From Bryobacterales bacterium (GTDB taxonomy: Bacteria; Acidobacteriota; Terriglobia; Bryobacterales; UBA6623): a DNA stretch of 64,000 nt. The notes below the pieces were generated by a model that was not told the origin of the DNA, ran no database searches, and saw only the letters and a program-made list of their open reading frames with translations. The number at the start of each line of letters is the position of its first letter. The stretch's first letter is position 1. This document shows positions 50,630-63,630 of the stretch, piece after piece. The position numbers and the translations under genes were made by a program. The stretch is from the NCBI GenBank assembly GCA_963422375.2, contig OY729428.2, forward strand, positions 576,001 through 640,000, written 5' to 3'.

Positions 50630-51222
50630 AGATGTCTCGACAATTCCTTTCATCCAATCTTGTACCGGATAAGGTGGACTTGGATTTCTTGGCCGATATG
50701 TGGTCTCAAATTGCCCTAACAGATGACGATGAATACTCCCTTGAAGCGCTGAATTTAGTGTTCAATAAAAGAATCGATAGAGTCGCCGTTATTAGCCATA
50801 CAGACGTTCGTTCAATGCGCTTCAAGCGGCAGATTCTTGTCAGAACTCAAAGCTCGCATAGACCCGTTCCTCTCTTAGGTCTCGGTGACGGAGCAACACG
50901 ATTCTTTGGCACTAGCATAGCACTCGCTAACGGAAAGAATGGATTCGTTGTGATTGACGAAGTCGAGAATTGAATTCACCATACTCTTCAACACGACTAT
51001 TGGAAATTGATCCTTGCCTCGGCAATTCGAAACAACGTCCAAGTTGTGGCTACTACACATAGTTGGGACTACGTGAAGGGATTTGCAAGTGCCGCTACCG
51101 AGCTGCAATCTGCTGATTTTGCACTCGTGCGGATTGAGAAAGACAACCAAGATACTTGGGAATTCCAGTACTCTCAAGACGAGATTCCCGTAGCTGCAGA
51201 GCAAGTGATTGAAGTAAGATAA
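50630..51222 (+). pseudogene. AAA_21/AAA_15-type ABC ATPase, C-terminal half
   Basis: LGDG signature, VVIDEVEN*IHH Walker B/D-loop with TGA at 50971, QVVATTHS H-loop; Walker A half absent. Confidence 0.85.
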
Positions 51223-51443
51223 GCATCGTGTCGAAGCTCATCACTCAAGCAACAAACTGTACTCTCGTTGTTGAAGACAACGATGATGAGCGTGCGATTT
51301 CGGAAATCTTGAAGAAAGCGAACCGTGACTTATCCCCAAATTAAGCAGAGGGGTGGAAGCGAGAAGCTATTAGAGTCCATCTCGAGCGAAATGAAGGCAT
51401 CTAAACGCACTGCAGTTGGGATCATCGTAGATGCAAATCACAA

Positions 51444-52476
51444 CCTGATTACCCACAAGACTCAGCCAAGGTTAGGAGGCGGTACGGCCTGGGCGGGGTG
51501 CGCACGGAGGCGTGGAGCAGGCGGGGGACCAGCGCCTCGAGATCGTAGCGGCGGTTGAAGCGGTAGCGGAACTCGGCGAGGTAGCGCGGCAGGTGCTTGC
51601 CGTCGAACGAATGGCAGGTTCCCGCCAGGGACTGCTTGACGTTCCCCAGCATCGTGTTGACCCGGACGAAGCGGGAATCCCCGCAGCTCCGCTTCCCGCC
51701 TCCGGTGACGGTCGGCACGTGCTCGCAGCCGGCGTCGGCCACGCCCCGGAAGCAGGCCGGGCCGTCGGAATGCACCTTCGTGCCGGGCTGCAAGTGCCGC
51801 CCGGCCCACGCTGCCAGCGTCTTCTTGCGGAAGCCCGCCACGCTGCTCAGGCGCATCCTTGCCGGCTGGCCGGCGGCGCTGACCTGCACGGCGGCCACGA
51901 ACGGCGTCTTGCCCGCCGCGCCGCGCCCGCGCTTGCCGCCGCTCCGCTCCCCGCCCCAGCAGGCGTCGTCCACCTGCACGATGCCGCCCGGCGGCACGCG
52001 CTCGTCGCGCTCCTTCATCACTTGCAAGAGCTTGTGCTTCATCTTCCAGGCGGTATTCCGGCTGACCCCCAGCTGCCGCGCCAGTTCCAGCGACGAAACG
52101 CCGTGCTTGCCCTGCGTCAGCAGGTGGAGCGCCAGGAACCGGACGGTCAGCGGCAGCTTGGTGGCGGCGAAGATCGTGCCGGCGACGAGGGAGGTCCGGC
52201 GGTGGCAGGCATGGCACTGCCGGAGCTTGCGGGAGCGGATGCGGCAGTGCCGCCGGGAGCCGCACTCCGGGCAGCGGAAGCCGTCCGGCCAGCGGGCCTT
52301 GAAGACGGCGTGCTCGCATTGCCCCTCGCTGCCGTAGCGCTGCAGGAACTTGCCCAAGCTGAGTCCCTTCTGGAATTGCACGCGATTGCGTTTCAGCTGC
52401 TAGCCCCTTTCCTGTCAGAGGTTTCCGACCTCCTCCAGTATAGCATATCCTCGGCTGATGTTCGTTGGTAATCAGG
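51444..52476 (-). mobile_element. IS1595-family element (copy A)
   Basis: CCTGATTACC TIRs, 8-bp TSD AATCACAA; open ORF 51449-52381 with Zn ribbon and VDD/SDG; the ATG seen in copy B is CTG here. Confidence 0.95.
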
Positions 52477-52700
52477 AATCACAATATCATCAACCGTTGG
52501 AGATCGATACAAAGTCACTTGTCGGAATTCGAACTAGATTTTCCTGCAGAGCCAATTGTTGGAGGAACTGTATTAGATCACTCAATTCAATTGGAAAGCG
52601 GTCGAATAAAGCAATACCGAGTCGGTATCTGGATCATGTCAGACAATCGCTCTACCGGTGAATCTGAAGATTTTCTTGTAGAAATGATTCCAAATCGAGA

Positions 52701-53728
52701 CCTGATTACCAACGAACGTCAGCCGAGGATATGCTATACTGAAGGAGGTCGGAAATCTCTGACAGGAAAGGGGCTAGCAGATGAAACGCAATCGCGTGCA
52801 ATTCCAGAAGGGACTCAGTCCGGGCAAGTTCCTGCAGCGCTACGGCAGCGAGGGGCAATGCGAGCAGGCCGTCTTCAACGCCCGCCGGCCGGACGGCTTT
52901 CGCTGCCCGGAGTGCGGCTCCCGCCGGCACTGCCGCATCCGCTCCCGCAAGCTCTGGCAGTGCCACGCCTGCCACCGCCGGACCTCCCTCGTCGCCGGCA
53001 CGATCTTCGCCGCCACCCAGCTGCCGCTGACCGTCCGGTTGCTGGCGATCCACCTGCTGACGCAGGGCCAGCACGGCGTTTCGTCGCTGGAACTGGCGCG
53101 GCAGCCGGGCGTCAGCCGGAATACCGCCTGGAAGGTGAAGCACAAGCTCCTGCAAGTGCTGAAGGAGCGCGACGAGCGCGTGCCCCTGCGCGGCATCGTG
53201 CAGGTGGACGACGCTGACTGGGGCGGGGCGCGGACCGGCGGCCAGCGCGGGCGCGGCGGGCAAGACGCCGTTCGTCGCCGCCGTGCAGGTCACCGCCGCC
53301 GGCCAGCCGGCAAGGATGCGCATGAGCAGCGTGGCGGGCTTCCGCAAGCAGACGCTGGCAGCGTGGGCCGGGCGGCACTTGCAGCCCGGCACGGAGGTGC
53401 ATTCCGACGGCTTGGCCTGCTTCCGGGGCGTGGCCGACGCCGGCTGCGAGCACGTGCCGACCGTCACCGGAGGCGGGAAGCGGAGCTGCGGGGATTCCCG
53501 CTTCTTCCGGGTCAACACGATGCTGGCGAACGTCAAGCAGTCCCTGGCGGGAGCCTGCCATGCGCTCGACGGCAAGCACCTGCCGCGCTACCTCGCCGAG
53601 TTCCGCTACCGCTTCAACCGCCGCTACCACCTGGAGGCGCTGGTCCCCCGCCTGCTCCACGCCTCCGTGCGCACCCCGCCCAGGCCTTACCGCCTCCTAA
53701 CCTTGGCTGAGTCTTGTGGGTAATCAGG
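52701..53728 (+). mobile_element. IS1595-family element (copy B), frameshifted
   Basis: CCTGATTACC TIRs, 8-bp TSD AATCGAGA; transposase 52781-53723 broken near 53230-53260; internal TGCTATACT -10 at 52732. Confidence 0.95.
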
Positions 53729-54004
53729 AATCGAGATAATGATCCGGTTTGGAGTCTAGTAGTTGATTTTCGTGGAAAGAATCAAGAATGACCAACGTGA
53801 GTTCAAGAAAAAGAAGGTACAAAAAGCTCGCTTGTACACATGGCTTGCGGTTCGATCTCATCCTATCTTTCCATGATCTGCGATTTTCAGAGGTCATCTC
53901 GAGCTGACAGGACCCCTAGTGCGCTCCTTCGTCAATTGGATTGACCGTTTGGTTGAATGATGAGGAATCTGACTGAACGATTCGATTTGCCGGAGATAGA
54001 CTTA

Positions 54005-55332
54005 GGACGTTGTCGGAAATTAGATTTCCATGTTCTGAGTTTTGTGTTCTCATCATCCGATGAGACGCAATCTTGAACTCGAAGCGACAATTGTTGAGCA
54101 GTACGCGGCGGTGGAAGCGTTTCTCGACGAGCGCGGGCGTCGGCTATGGGCGGCGACGGAGTCGCGTGCCATCGGGTATGGGGGAGATGCGCTGGTATCG
54201 GACGCGACTGGGTTGTCGCGCCCGACCATCCGCGCCATCCGCGCGGGGCGTCGAGAGCTGGAATCCGGCAGTGTTGAACGCGGTCGGATACGCCGCCCGG
54301 GCGCCGCCCGGCCCGGCATCGAGCAGTCGCGGCCGGGCATCGAGCAAGCGCTGGAGAAGCTGGTTGACCCGTTGACGCGCGGTGACCCGGAGTCGCCGTT
54401 GCGCTGGACATGCAAGAGTCGGGCGAAGCTCACCGCGGCGTTGTCGCAGGCGGCGTTGTCGCAGGCGGGTTGGCAGGTGAGTTCGAAGACGGCGAGCCGT
54501 TCACTGCACGAGCTTGGCTGCAGCCTGCAATCGGTGCGCAAGAGTCTCGAAGGGACAACCCGCCCCGACCGGGACGCGCAGTTCGAGCACATCCATACGA
54601 AGGCGGATGATTTCCCGCAACGTTGTCAGCCAGTGGTCTCGGTCGACACCAAGTCGACACCAAGAAGAAGGAACTGGCGGGTGAATTCAAGAACGGCGGG
54701 CGGGCATGGCAACCGCAGGGGAGCCCCGGGAAATCACTGGTGCATGATTTTCCCAAGGACTCGTCCGGCAAAGCGATGCCGTATGGCATCCATGACATGG
54801 GGCGCAACGAAGCCTGGGTGCATGTCGGACGTGATCACGACACGCCCGCGTTTGCCGCGGCCTCGCTGCGACGGTGGTGGAACGAGACGGGGAAGCGCCG
54901 CTACCCCGAGGCTGGCGAGCTGTTCATCGCTGCCGATGCGGGCGGTAGCAACGGGTATCGCTCTCGCGCCTGGAAGCATCGACTGCAGAAGTTCGCTGAC
55001 CGGACATGTCTTCGCATCCACGTCAGCCGCTTCCCGCCGGGGACCAGTCCATGGCATAAGATTGAGCGCCGCCTGTTCTGCCACGTCACGCAGAATTGGC
55101 GAGGCAAGCCACTGCGTACATTTGAGACCGTTGTCGACTTGATCGGCGGTACGCGCACAGCCGCCGGCCTTCGGGTCAAAGCCGAACTTGACAATAGAAA
55201 GTACCCGACCGGTGAGGCAGTAACGAAGGCGGAGATGGACGCCCTGTCGCTCCATCGGAACGAGTTCCACGGTGATTGGAACTACGAACTACATCCACGA
55301 TGAAGTTGGAAACTTAATATCGATCAAAGTCC
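54005..55332 (+). mobile_element. ISAzo13-family element, frameshifted transposase
   Basis: Imperfect TIRs GGAC.TTG, TTA on both flanks; RGDPESPLRWTCKS, SVDTKKKE, ADAGGSNG, FHGDWNYEL; 11-bp duplication frameshift at 54642. Confidence 0.92.
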
Positions 55333-55416
55333 TTACTTCGTGAATCGCAAGTCAACCAGAGTTGCCTGTCAGAGAGACACGAGATGATCGGGGTGAGGGC
55401 CTGCTAGAATAGGTGT

Positions 55417-55785
55417 TTGGCCCTGCGGTCCGACAACTTCCACAGGACCGTCGGGATCGAGTTGGCGGAGCTGCACGAGGACGGCGCGACCATGCGCCTT
55501 GCGCTGACGGACCGGCACAAGAACGCCGCTGGGGTGGTTCATGGAGGCGTCGCGTTCACGCTGGCCGACTCGGCCTTGGGATACGGCATTCATGAGGCCC
55601 TAGGCAAGCGCTGCACGACGGCAGAGATGCAGATCAACTTCCTCCGGCCTGTTGCCGGAGACGTCTTGGAGGCACGCTCCCGCGTTCTCAAGGCGGGTCG
55701 CCGGCTGGTGGTCGCCCGCGCCGAGGTGCATTGCGGGGACTCGCAGGTCGCGGAGGTCCTCTCGACGTTCGCGATCCTAGACTGA
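55417..55785 (+). CDS. PaaI family thioesterase
   Basis: NAAGVVHGG..TLAD, INFLRP. Confidence 0.88.
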   Translation: MALRSDNFHRTVGIELAELHEDGATMRLALTDRHKNAAGVVHGGVAFTLADSALGYGIHEALGKRCTTAEMQINFLRPVAGDVLEARSRVLKAGRRLVVARAEVHCGDSQVAEVLSTFAILD

Positions 55786-55807
55786 GTCCGTGCCGAGGCC
55801 CAATCGC

Positions 55808-56233
55808 ATGGAATCCATGAGGCATCCCCCACGAGTGTCCGAACAGGAGCTCGCCGAGATCCGGCGCACTTTCATGACGTCGCCGTTCAACAGGCTTGTG
55901 GGCATCGAATTCGGAGAGTATCACGCGGACGGCGTGACGCTTGTCCTGCCCGTCTCCGAGCATCACCAGAACGGCGCCGGCGTGGTTCACGGCGGAGTCA
56001 TGCTGACCCTTGCCGACGCTGCCCTCGGCTTCGGCATCGCCCGATCCGTCGGCAGGCGCTGCACGACGGCGGAGCTCAAGATCAACTACCTGCGGCCCGT
56101 GACGCAGGGCGTGCTGAAGGCGCGCTCACTCGTCATCCGGGCCGGCAGGAAGCTCGTGGTCGCACGGGCCGAGGTCCGCTGCGAGGGCAAGCACGTGGCC
56201 GAGGTGCTCTCGACGTTCGCTGTCTTGGACTAG
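55808..56233 (+). CDS. PaaI family thioesterase (tandem paralog)
   Basis: NGAGVVHGG..TLAD, KINYLRP. Confidence 0.88.
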   Translation: MESMRHPPRVSEQELAEIRRTFMTSPFNRLVGIEFGEYHADGVTLVLPVSEHHQNGAGVVHGGVMLTLADAALGFGIARSVGRRCTTAELKINYLRPVTQGVLKARSLVIRAGRKLVVARAEVRCEGKHVAEVLSTFAVLD

Positions 56234-56265
56234 GCCCCTGGTCTCGGGATTCCTCGAGCGACCCT

Positions 56266-56288
56266 ATAATGTTCGGCGTGACGCGATA

Positions 56289-56305
<17 letters not shown>
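56266..56305 (+). repeat. perfect 20-bp tandem duplication
   Basis: ATAATGTTCGGCGTGACGCG twice. Confidence 0.95.
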
Positions 56306-58814
<2,509 letters not shown>

Positions 58815-58838
58815 ACCGCAGCCTCGAGATCCGCTGCA

Positions 58839-60698
58839 ATGCGCGCCGCCTGCCTCGCCGCACTCCTGATGCTCCCGTCATGCTCTAGGCCCCCGGACGG
58901 GACCGAAGATCCGTCCCGCGACCTGCATTCCTACGCGAACGCGGCCGAGGCGCGCGCCACCCACCTCGATCTCGATCTCGAGGTGGACTTCGAGGCGCGG
59001 CAGCTGCGGGGAACCTGCACCCTAGACGTGGTGGGGCCGGGCACCGACTTGGTGCTCGACACCCGCGACATCGACGTGGAGCGGGTCGAGGTCTCCGAGC
59101 GCGGCGAGCCGTTTCGCGACACCGCCTTCGAGGTGGGCTCCCGCGACCCGATTCTCGGAGCTCCTCTGCGCGTTGCGCGCGGCACCGCGGCGAGAGTGCG
59201 GGTCACCTACGCGACCCGCGAGCGAGCGAGCGGCCTGCAGTGGCTCGCGCCGACCCAGACGGCGGACGGGCGCTATCCGTTCCTCTACAGCCAGTCGCAG
59301 GCCATCCACGCACGCAGCTGGATCCCCCTGCAAGACTCGCCCGGAATCCGAGTTACCTACACCGCTCGGATCCGCGCCCCGACGAACCTGCTGGCGGTCA
59401 TGAGCGCCGAGGCGCTGTCTGGGGACGGGCGCGGCGGCGACTACCGCTTCCGCATGCCGCTGGCAATTCCCCCCTACCTGATCGCCCTCGCGGTCGGCGA
59501 CCTGGCCTTCGAAGCGACGGGCGAGCGAACGGGCGTCTACGCGGAACGGAGCGTGCTCGAGGCGGCCGTCCGCGAGTTCGCGGACACCGAGGCCATGATG
59601 CAGGCCGCCGAGGCGCTGTACGGACCGTACCGCTGGGGACGCTACGACATCCTCGTGCTGCCGCCCGCCTTCCCGTTCGGCGGCATGGAGAACCCCCGGC
59701 TGACCTTCCTCTCCCCGACCGTGATCGCGGGGGACCGGAGCCTAGTGAACATCGTCGCCCACGAGCTGGCCCACTCCTGGTCGGGGAATCTGACGACCAA
59801 CGCCACCTGGCGGGATTTCTGGCTGAACGAGGGTTTCACGGTCTACTTCGAGGAGCGGATCCTGGAGGCCGTCTACGGCCCGGACCGGGCCGCGATGGAG
59901 TCGGCGCTCGAAGTCGCGCAGCTCAAGGTGGAAATGGCGGGTCTTGATGAGCGAGACCAAGTGCTCCACGTGAATCTGGCAGGCCGCGACCCGGAGGACG
60001 GCCTCACCGACGTGCCGTACATCAAGGGCGCGATGTTCCTGCGAACCGTCGAGAAAGCGGTCGGAAGGGACGAGTTCGATCCGTTCTTGCGTTCGTACTT
60101 CGACAAGCACGCCTTTCGCAGCGTGACCACCCCCGAGTTCGAGCGCTACCTGCGCACGGAACTGCTCGCGAAACATCCCGTCGCGGCGGCGATCCCGGTC
60201 AAGGAATGGCTAGGGGCTCCCGGCCTGCCCGAAAGCCGTCACGAGCCGGCCTCTGCCGCGCTAGACCAGGCCGACGCCAGCGCGCGGGAGTGGCTGGACG
60301 GAGCCGCGCCCGCCGCCCGCCTGCGGACCGCGGACTGGACGACGCAGCACTGGCTGCGATTCCTGCGCGCCCTCCCCGAGACTCTCGAGACCGCCAGGCT
60401 GGACGAGCTGGACGCGGCGTTCGGGCTCACCGAAGCCGGCAACGCCGAGATTCTGACCGAGTGGCTGGTCCTTTGCGTGCGAAGCGGGTACGGCCCGGCC
60501 GAGGCGGCGCTAGAGCGCTTTCTCCGCTCGGTCGGCCGCATGAAATTCCTGCGGCCGCTCTACAACGAGCTGGCGAAGACCGACGGCGGTCGCCGGCGCG
60601 CCGAGGAGATCTACCTCGAGGCGCGTCCGGGCTACCACCCGATGGCAGCTGGCCTAGTCGACAGCATCCTCGAGAGTGACGAGTCCCCGGATCCCTGA
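58839..60698 (+). CDS. M1 aminopeptidase, leukotriene A4 hydrolase-like, probable lipoprotein
   Basis: GGMEN, HELAH-x18-E (WLNEG), PYIKG, GRMKF. Confidence 0.93.
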   Translation: MRAACLAALLMLPSCSRPPDGTEDPSRDLHSYANAAEARATHLDLDLEVDFEARQLRGTCTLDVVGPGTDLVLDTRDIDVERVEVSERGEPFRDTAFEVGSRDPILGAPLRVARGTAARVRVTYATRERASGLQWLAPTQTADGRYPFLYSQSQAIHARSWIPLQDSPGIRVTYTARIRAPTNLLAVMSAEALSGDGRGGDYRFRMPLAIPPYLIALAVGDLAFEATGERTGVYAERSVLEAAVREFADTEAMMQAAEALYGPYRWGRYDILVLPPAFPFGGMENPRLTFLSPTVIAGDRSLVNIVAHELAHSWSGNLTTNATWRDFWLNEGFTVYFEERILEAVYGPDRAAMESALEVAQLKVEMAGLDERDQVLHVNLAGRDPEDGLTDVPYIKGAMFLRTVEKAVGRDEFDPFLRSYFDKHAFRSVTTPEFERYLRTELLAKHPVAAAIPVKEWLGAPGLPESRHEPASAALDQADASAREWLDGAAPAARLRTADWTTQHWLRFLRALPETLETARLDELDAAFGLTEAGNAEILTEWLVLCVRSGYGPAEAALERFLRSVGRMKFLRPLYNELAKTDGGRRRAEEIYLEARPGYHPMAAGLVDSILESDESPDP

Positions 60699-61033
60699 GT
60701 CCCCCCGCCCATTGGCCGCAGGACGGCCCGGCCGTGAAGCACGTCGCACGGCTCGGACGCGACAGGCGGCGAACGGGCACGCGCCCTTGCTGCATCCTGG
60801 CCCAACGGTCCGCAAGGCGCGGCCGAGCTGCTTCGGCGGTCACGGCAGCGCGGTGCCGGGGGCGCCATACCGAGGCGCAGCCTCCGCTATCCCGCTCCCG
60901 ACCGTCGCAGCCCCAGCCTCCCGCGGACCGCGACGGCCGCGCGCAAGGGGCTCTCTCGGCCGGACAGGACGGCCTCGAATGAGTCTCCCTGACTGGACCG
61001 GCCTCGCGAGCGAAGGGCTGGACGCCCGGCCGC

Positions 61034-62542
61034 TCAGCACTTGGCGTTGATCGTGTCCGCCTGCCGCCCGCTCTGGTCGACCGCGCGCACCTTGTAGTAG
61101 AGGCCTCCGCTGTGGCCGCCGGGAGCCGACTTGTCCTCAAAGGAGAACGGCTCCAAGGACGTCTGCGGGCGGAACGGCACCGAGCCGATGCGCTCGTGGC
61201 GCCGGAAGATCTCGTAGCGCACGATCGGGTCGCCCGCGGCGTAGGCCGAATGCCATTCCAAGCGAACGCGGCCGTCGGACCTACGCTCTGCGGAGAAGCC
61301 CTGCGCGGGCTGGAAGCCGGCCGAGGGCTGCTGGAAGAAATTGGTGCGCGTGCCGTGGAGGTCCGCCACCGTGCGCTCGATGTCCCTCTTCTCCCGGGCG
61401 GAGAGGGGCTTGGCAACCTGGGCGGCCGCTAGGTTGGCGACCAGCTGGTCGCGCTGCGGGTCGCTGTCCTTGTCGATCAATCCGATGCCGGTGATGATCG
61501 TCGCCATCCCCGCGGGATTCAGAGAGTAGCGGATGAAGTCCTCGTAGGGCAGCTTGTCGGGCTGGCCGACCGTCGGCACGCTCTGGCCGGGCCGGTGGGC
61601 GTACTCCTGCTTGAGGCCGTACATCACGCCGTCGGCAAAGACCTTCATGCCGATGACGCCCATGCCCTTGGCGTGGGCCACGGGAATCGAGTTCGTCTGG
61701 TGGCAGAAGTAGTTGGGGTCATTGGGGTTCACCGCCACCAGCAGGGTGTCGAGGACGTTCTTGGTGTCGCGCTGGATGGCGTACATGTGGGCGGCGGGGC
61801 TCTCGTGGCCCGTGATGCCGATGTGGCGGATCCACTTGCGGTGCTTGGGGTTTAGCCCCGTCAGGTTGGTGCCGTCGCGGTAATCCAGCAGGCAGGCGAT
61901 GGCGCCCACGCGGGGCAGCGAGCTGTCGCCGGGGCTGTCCAGTCCCTCGAAGGCCGCGTCGACCTCCTCGTTGCTGCCGATGTGATGGACCTGCATCAGA
62001 TCCAAGTACGCGCCCTCCGGGATGTGCCCCTTGCCGTCGCCGAAGAACTGCGTGAGGGAGCGCTCGATGTCGTCGAGGACCAGCGTGCCGCCGCCCGAGG
62101 AACGCCCCATGGGCTTGGAGCCGTCGCGCACGATCGCGTGGCGCAGCGCGGTCTTGGTCGCGACGAACAGCCTGCCGCGCAGGCTGTGGTCGTATCCCGG
62201 CAGGCCCGGCTTGAGGTTCAGGATCTCGAAGGCCTTGCCCATCTTCTCCTGGCTCAGGAAGTAGTTGTTGGCCGTCTCGATGTAGGTCATGCCCGCCCGG
62301 ACGGCCTTGACGACGATCTCTACGGCTTCGTCGCCAGGCAGCTCCCACTGGACCTTGTTGCCGCCGGCCAGGCCGAACGTGGTCACCTCGCGTCCCGTGC
62401 GGCCCAGCAAGCGCGTCGCGAGCGGCTTCTCCGCGGGATGGGACCAAGCCGCGAACCTGCCGCCGACCGGCAGGAACGTCGTGGCCATGGCAGCGCCCCC
62501 CGCCCAGCGGACCGCGTCGCGTCTCGTGAAGTCTCTCGCCAT
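61034..62542 (-). CDS. Tat-exported aldo/keto reductase-like protein with C-terminal FN3-like domain
   Basis: TRRDAV, LGRTG, YIETAN.Y, VATK, IGITGH, GMKVF; C-terminal RLEW..YEIFR..YYKVRAVD. Confidence 0.82.
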   Translation of the reverse strand: MARDFTRRDAVRWAGGAAMATTFLPVGGRFAAWSHPAEKPLATRLLGRTGREVTTFGLAGGNKVQWELPGDEAVEIVVKAVRAGMTYIETANNYFLSQEKMGKAFEILNLKPGLPGYDHSLRGRLFVATKTALRHAIVRDGSKPMGRSSGGGTLVLDDIERSLTQFFGDGKGHIPEGAYLDLMQVHHIGSNEEVDAAFEGLDSPGDSSLPRVGAIACLLDYRDGTNLTGLNPKHRKWIRHIGITGHESPAAHMYAIQRDTKNVLDTLLVAVNPNDPNYFCHQTNSIPVAHAKGMGVIGMKVFADGVMYGLKQEYAHRPGQSVPTVGQPDKLPYEDFIRYSLNPAGMATIITGIGLIDKDSDPQRDQLVANLAAAQVAKPLSAREKRDIERTVADLHGTRTNFFQQPSAGFQPAQGFSAERRSDGRVRLEWHSAYAAGDPIVRYEIFRRHERIGSVPFRPQTSLEPFSFEDKSAPGGHSGGLYYKVRAVDQSGRQADTINAKC

Positions 62543-62702
62543 CGTGCTTGCCCCCCGCCGGCCTCGCCCGGCCCGGATCTTCCAAGCAATGTACCACGCC
62601 CCTCGCGCGGCCGCGCCGCGAAGCCCTAAGATGGGAGCAGCCTCCCGTGCCCCGGCGATTCCGGGGCCGGCCGCGGGGCCCGCGGCTCCCTTCGCTTTCC
62701 CG

Positions 62703-63623
62703 ATGCCCGCCCCGGCCCTAGCCCTCGCCACCAGGGTCTTCGACCTGATTGGCAACACGCCCATGATCCGCCTGGCCGGCGTCACCGCGGGCTGCGGCAG
62801 CGCGCGTGTCTACGGGAAGGCGGAGTACTTCAATCCGGGCGGCTCCGTCAAGGACCGCCCGGCGGCCGGCATGATCCGGGCCGGGCTGGCGGACGGCAGC
62901 CTGCGCCCCGGGCAGACGATCATCGACGCCACCAGCGGCAACACCGGCATCGCGTACGCCATGCTCGGCGCCGCCCGAGGCCATCCGGTCAAGCTCTTCC
63001 TGCCGCGCAACGCCTCGCCCGAGCGCAAGCGCATCCTCAAGGCCTACGGCGCGGAGCTGGTCCTGACGGATGCGGCCCTCCAGACAGACGGCGCGATCCG
63101 GGCCTGCCGCGCCGAGCACGCGGCTCGCCCGGGCACCTACTTCTACCCCGACCAGTACGGCAACCCCGCGAACTGGAGGGCCCACTACGACACCACCGGC
63201 CCGGAGATCTGGCGCCAAACGGGCGGCGAGATCACCCACTTCCTAGCGGGCCTGGGCACGAGCGGGACGCTGATGGGGGCCGGCCGGTACCTGCGCGAGC
63301 GCAACCCGGGCATCCGGATCGTCTCGATGCAGCCCTCGACGGGATTCCACGGGCTCGAGGGGCTCAAGCACATGGCGACGGCCATGCAGCCGGAGATCTA
63401 CGATCCCGCGCTGGCCGACGAGAGGGTCTTCGTGGACACCGAGGACGCCTACGACATGGTGCGGCGGCTGGCGCGCGAGGACGGCCTCATGGTGGGCATC
63501 TCCTCCGGGGCGAACGTGGTGGCCGCGCTGCGAATCGCGCGCGCCCTGCGCGAGGGCACCATCGTCACCGTGCTCTGCGACGGCGCGGACAAGTACCTGA
63601 GCGAGCGCTTCTGGGACGACTGA
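62703..63623 (+). CDS. cysM: PLP-dependent cysteine synthase family protein
   Basis: IGNTP, NPGGSVKDR, TSGNTG, GLGTSGT, GISSGA. Confidence 0.88.
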   Translation: MPAPALALATRVFDLIGNTPMIRLAGVTAGCGSARVYGKAEYFNPGGSVKDRPAAGMIRAGLADGSLRPGQTIIDATSGNTGIAYAMLGAARGHPVKLFLPRNASPERKRILKAYGAELVLTDAALQTDGAIRACRAEHAARPGTYFYPDQYGNPANWRAHYDTTGPEIWRQTGGEITHFLAGLGTSGTLMGAGRYLRERNPGIRIVSMQPSTGFHGLEGLKHMATAMQPEIYDPALADERVFVDTEDAYDMVRRLAREDGLMVGISSGANVVAALRIARALREGTIVTVLCDGADKYLSERFWDD

Positions 63624-63630
63624 GGGGCCC

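Larger units (their letters stand above)
51228..53960 (+). pseudogene. DUF3226-like TOPRIM-fold protein split by two IS1595 copies
   Basis: LVVEDNDD, GIIVDAN|INRWRSI, VGIWIMSDNRSTGESEDFL, KARLYTWLA, FVNWIDRL recovered after removing the IS copies; frameshifts near 51330 and 53770. Confidence 0.8.

Noticed and set aside
51444..53728. A single composite transposon carrying 52477-52700
   Set aside because: Each IS has its own TSD, and the middle piece is contiguous with the flanking gene.
50971..53876. Two in-frame TGA codons at likely Gly positions (DEVEN*IH, FP*SAI), suggesting TGA=Gly recoding
   Set aside because: The same genes also carry frameshifts and IS insertions, and TGA is used as a normal stop at 53958 and throughout the window. 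GGA>TGA decay is simpler.
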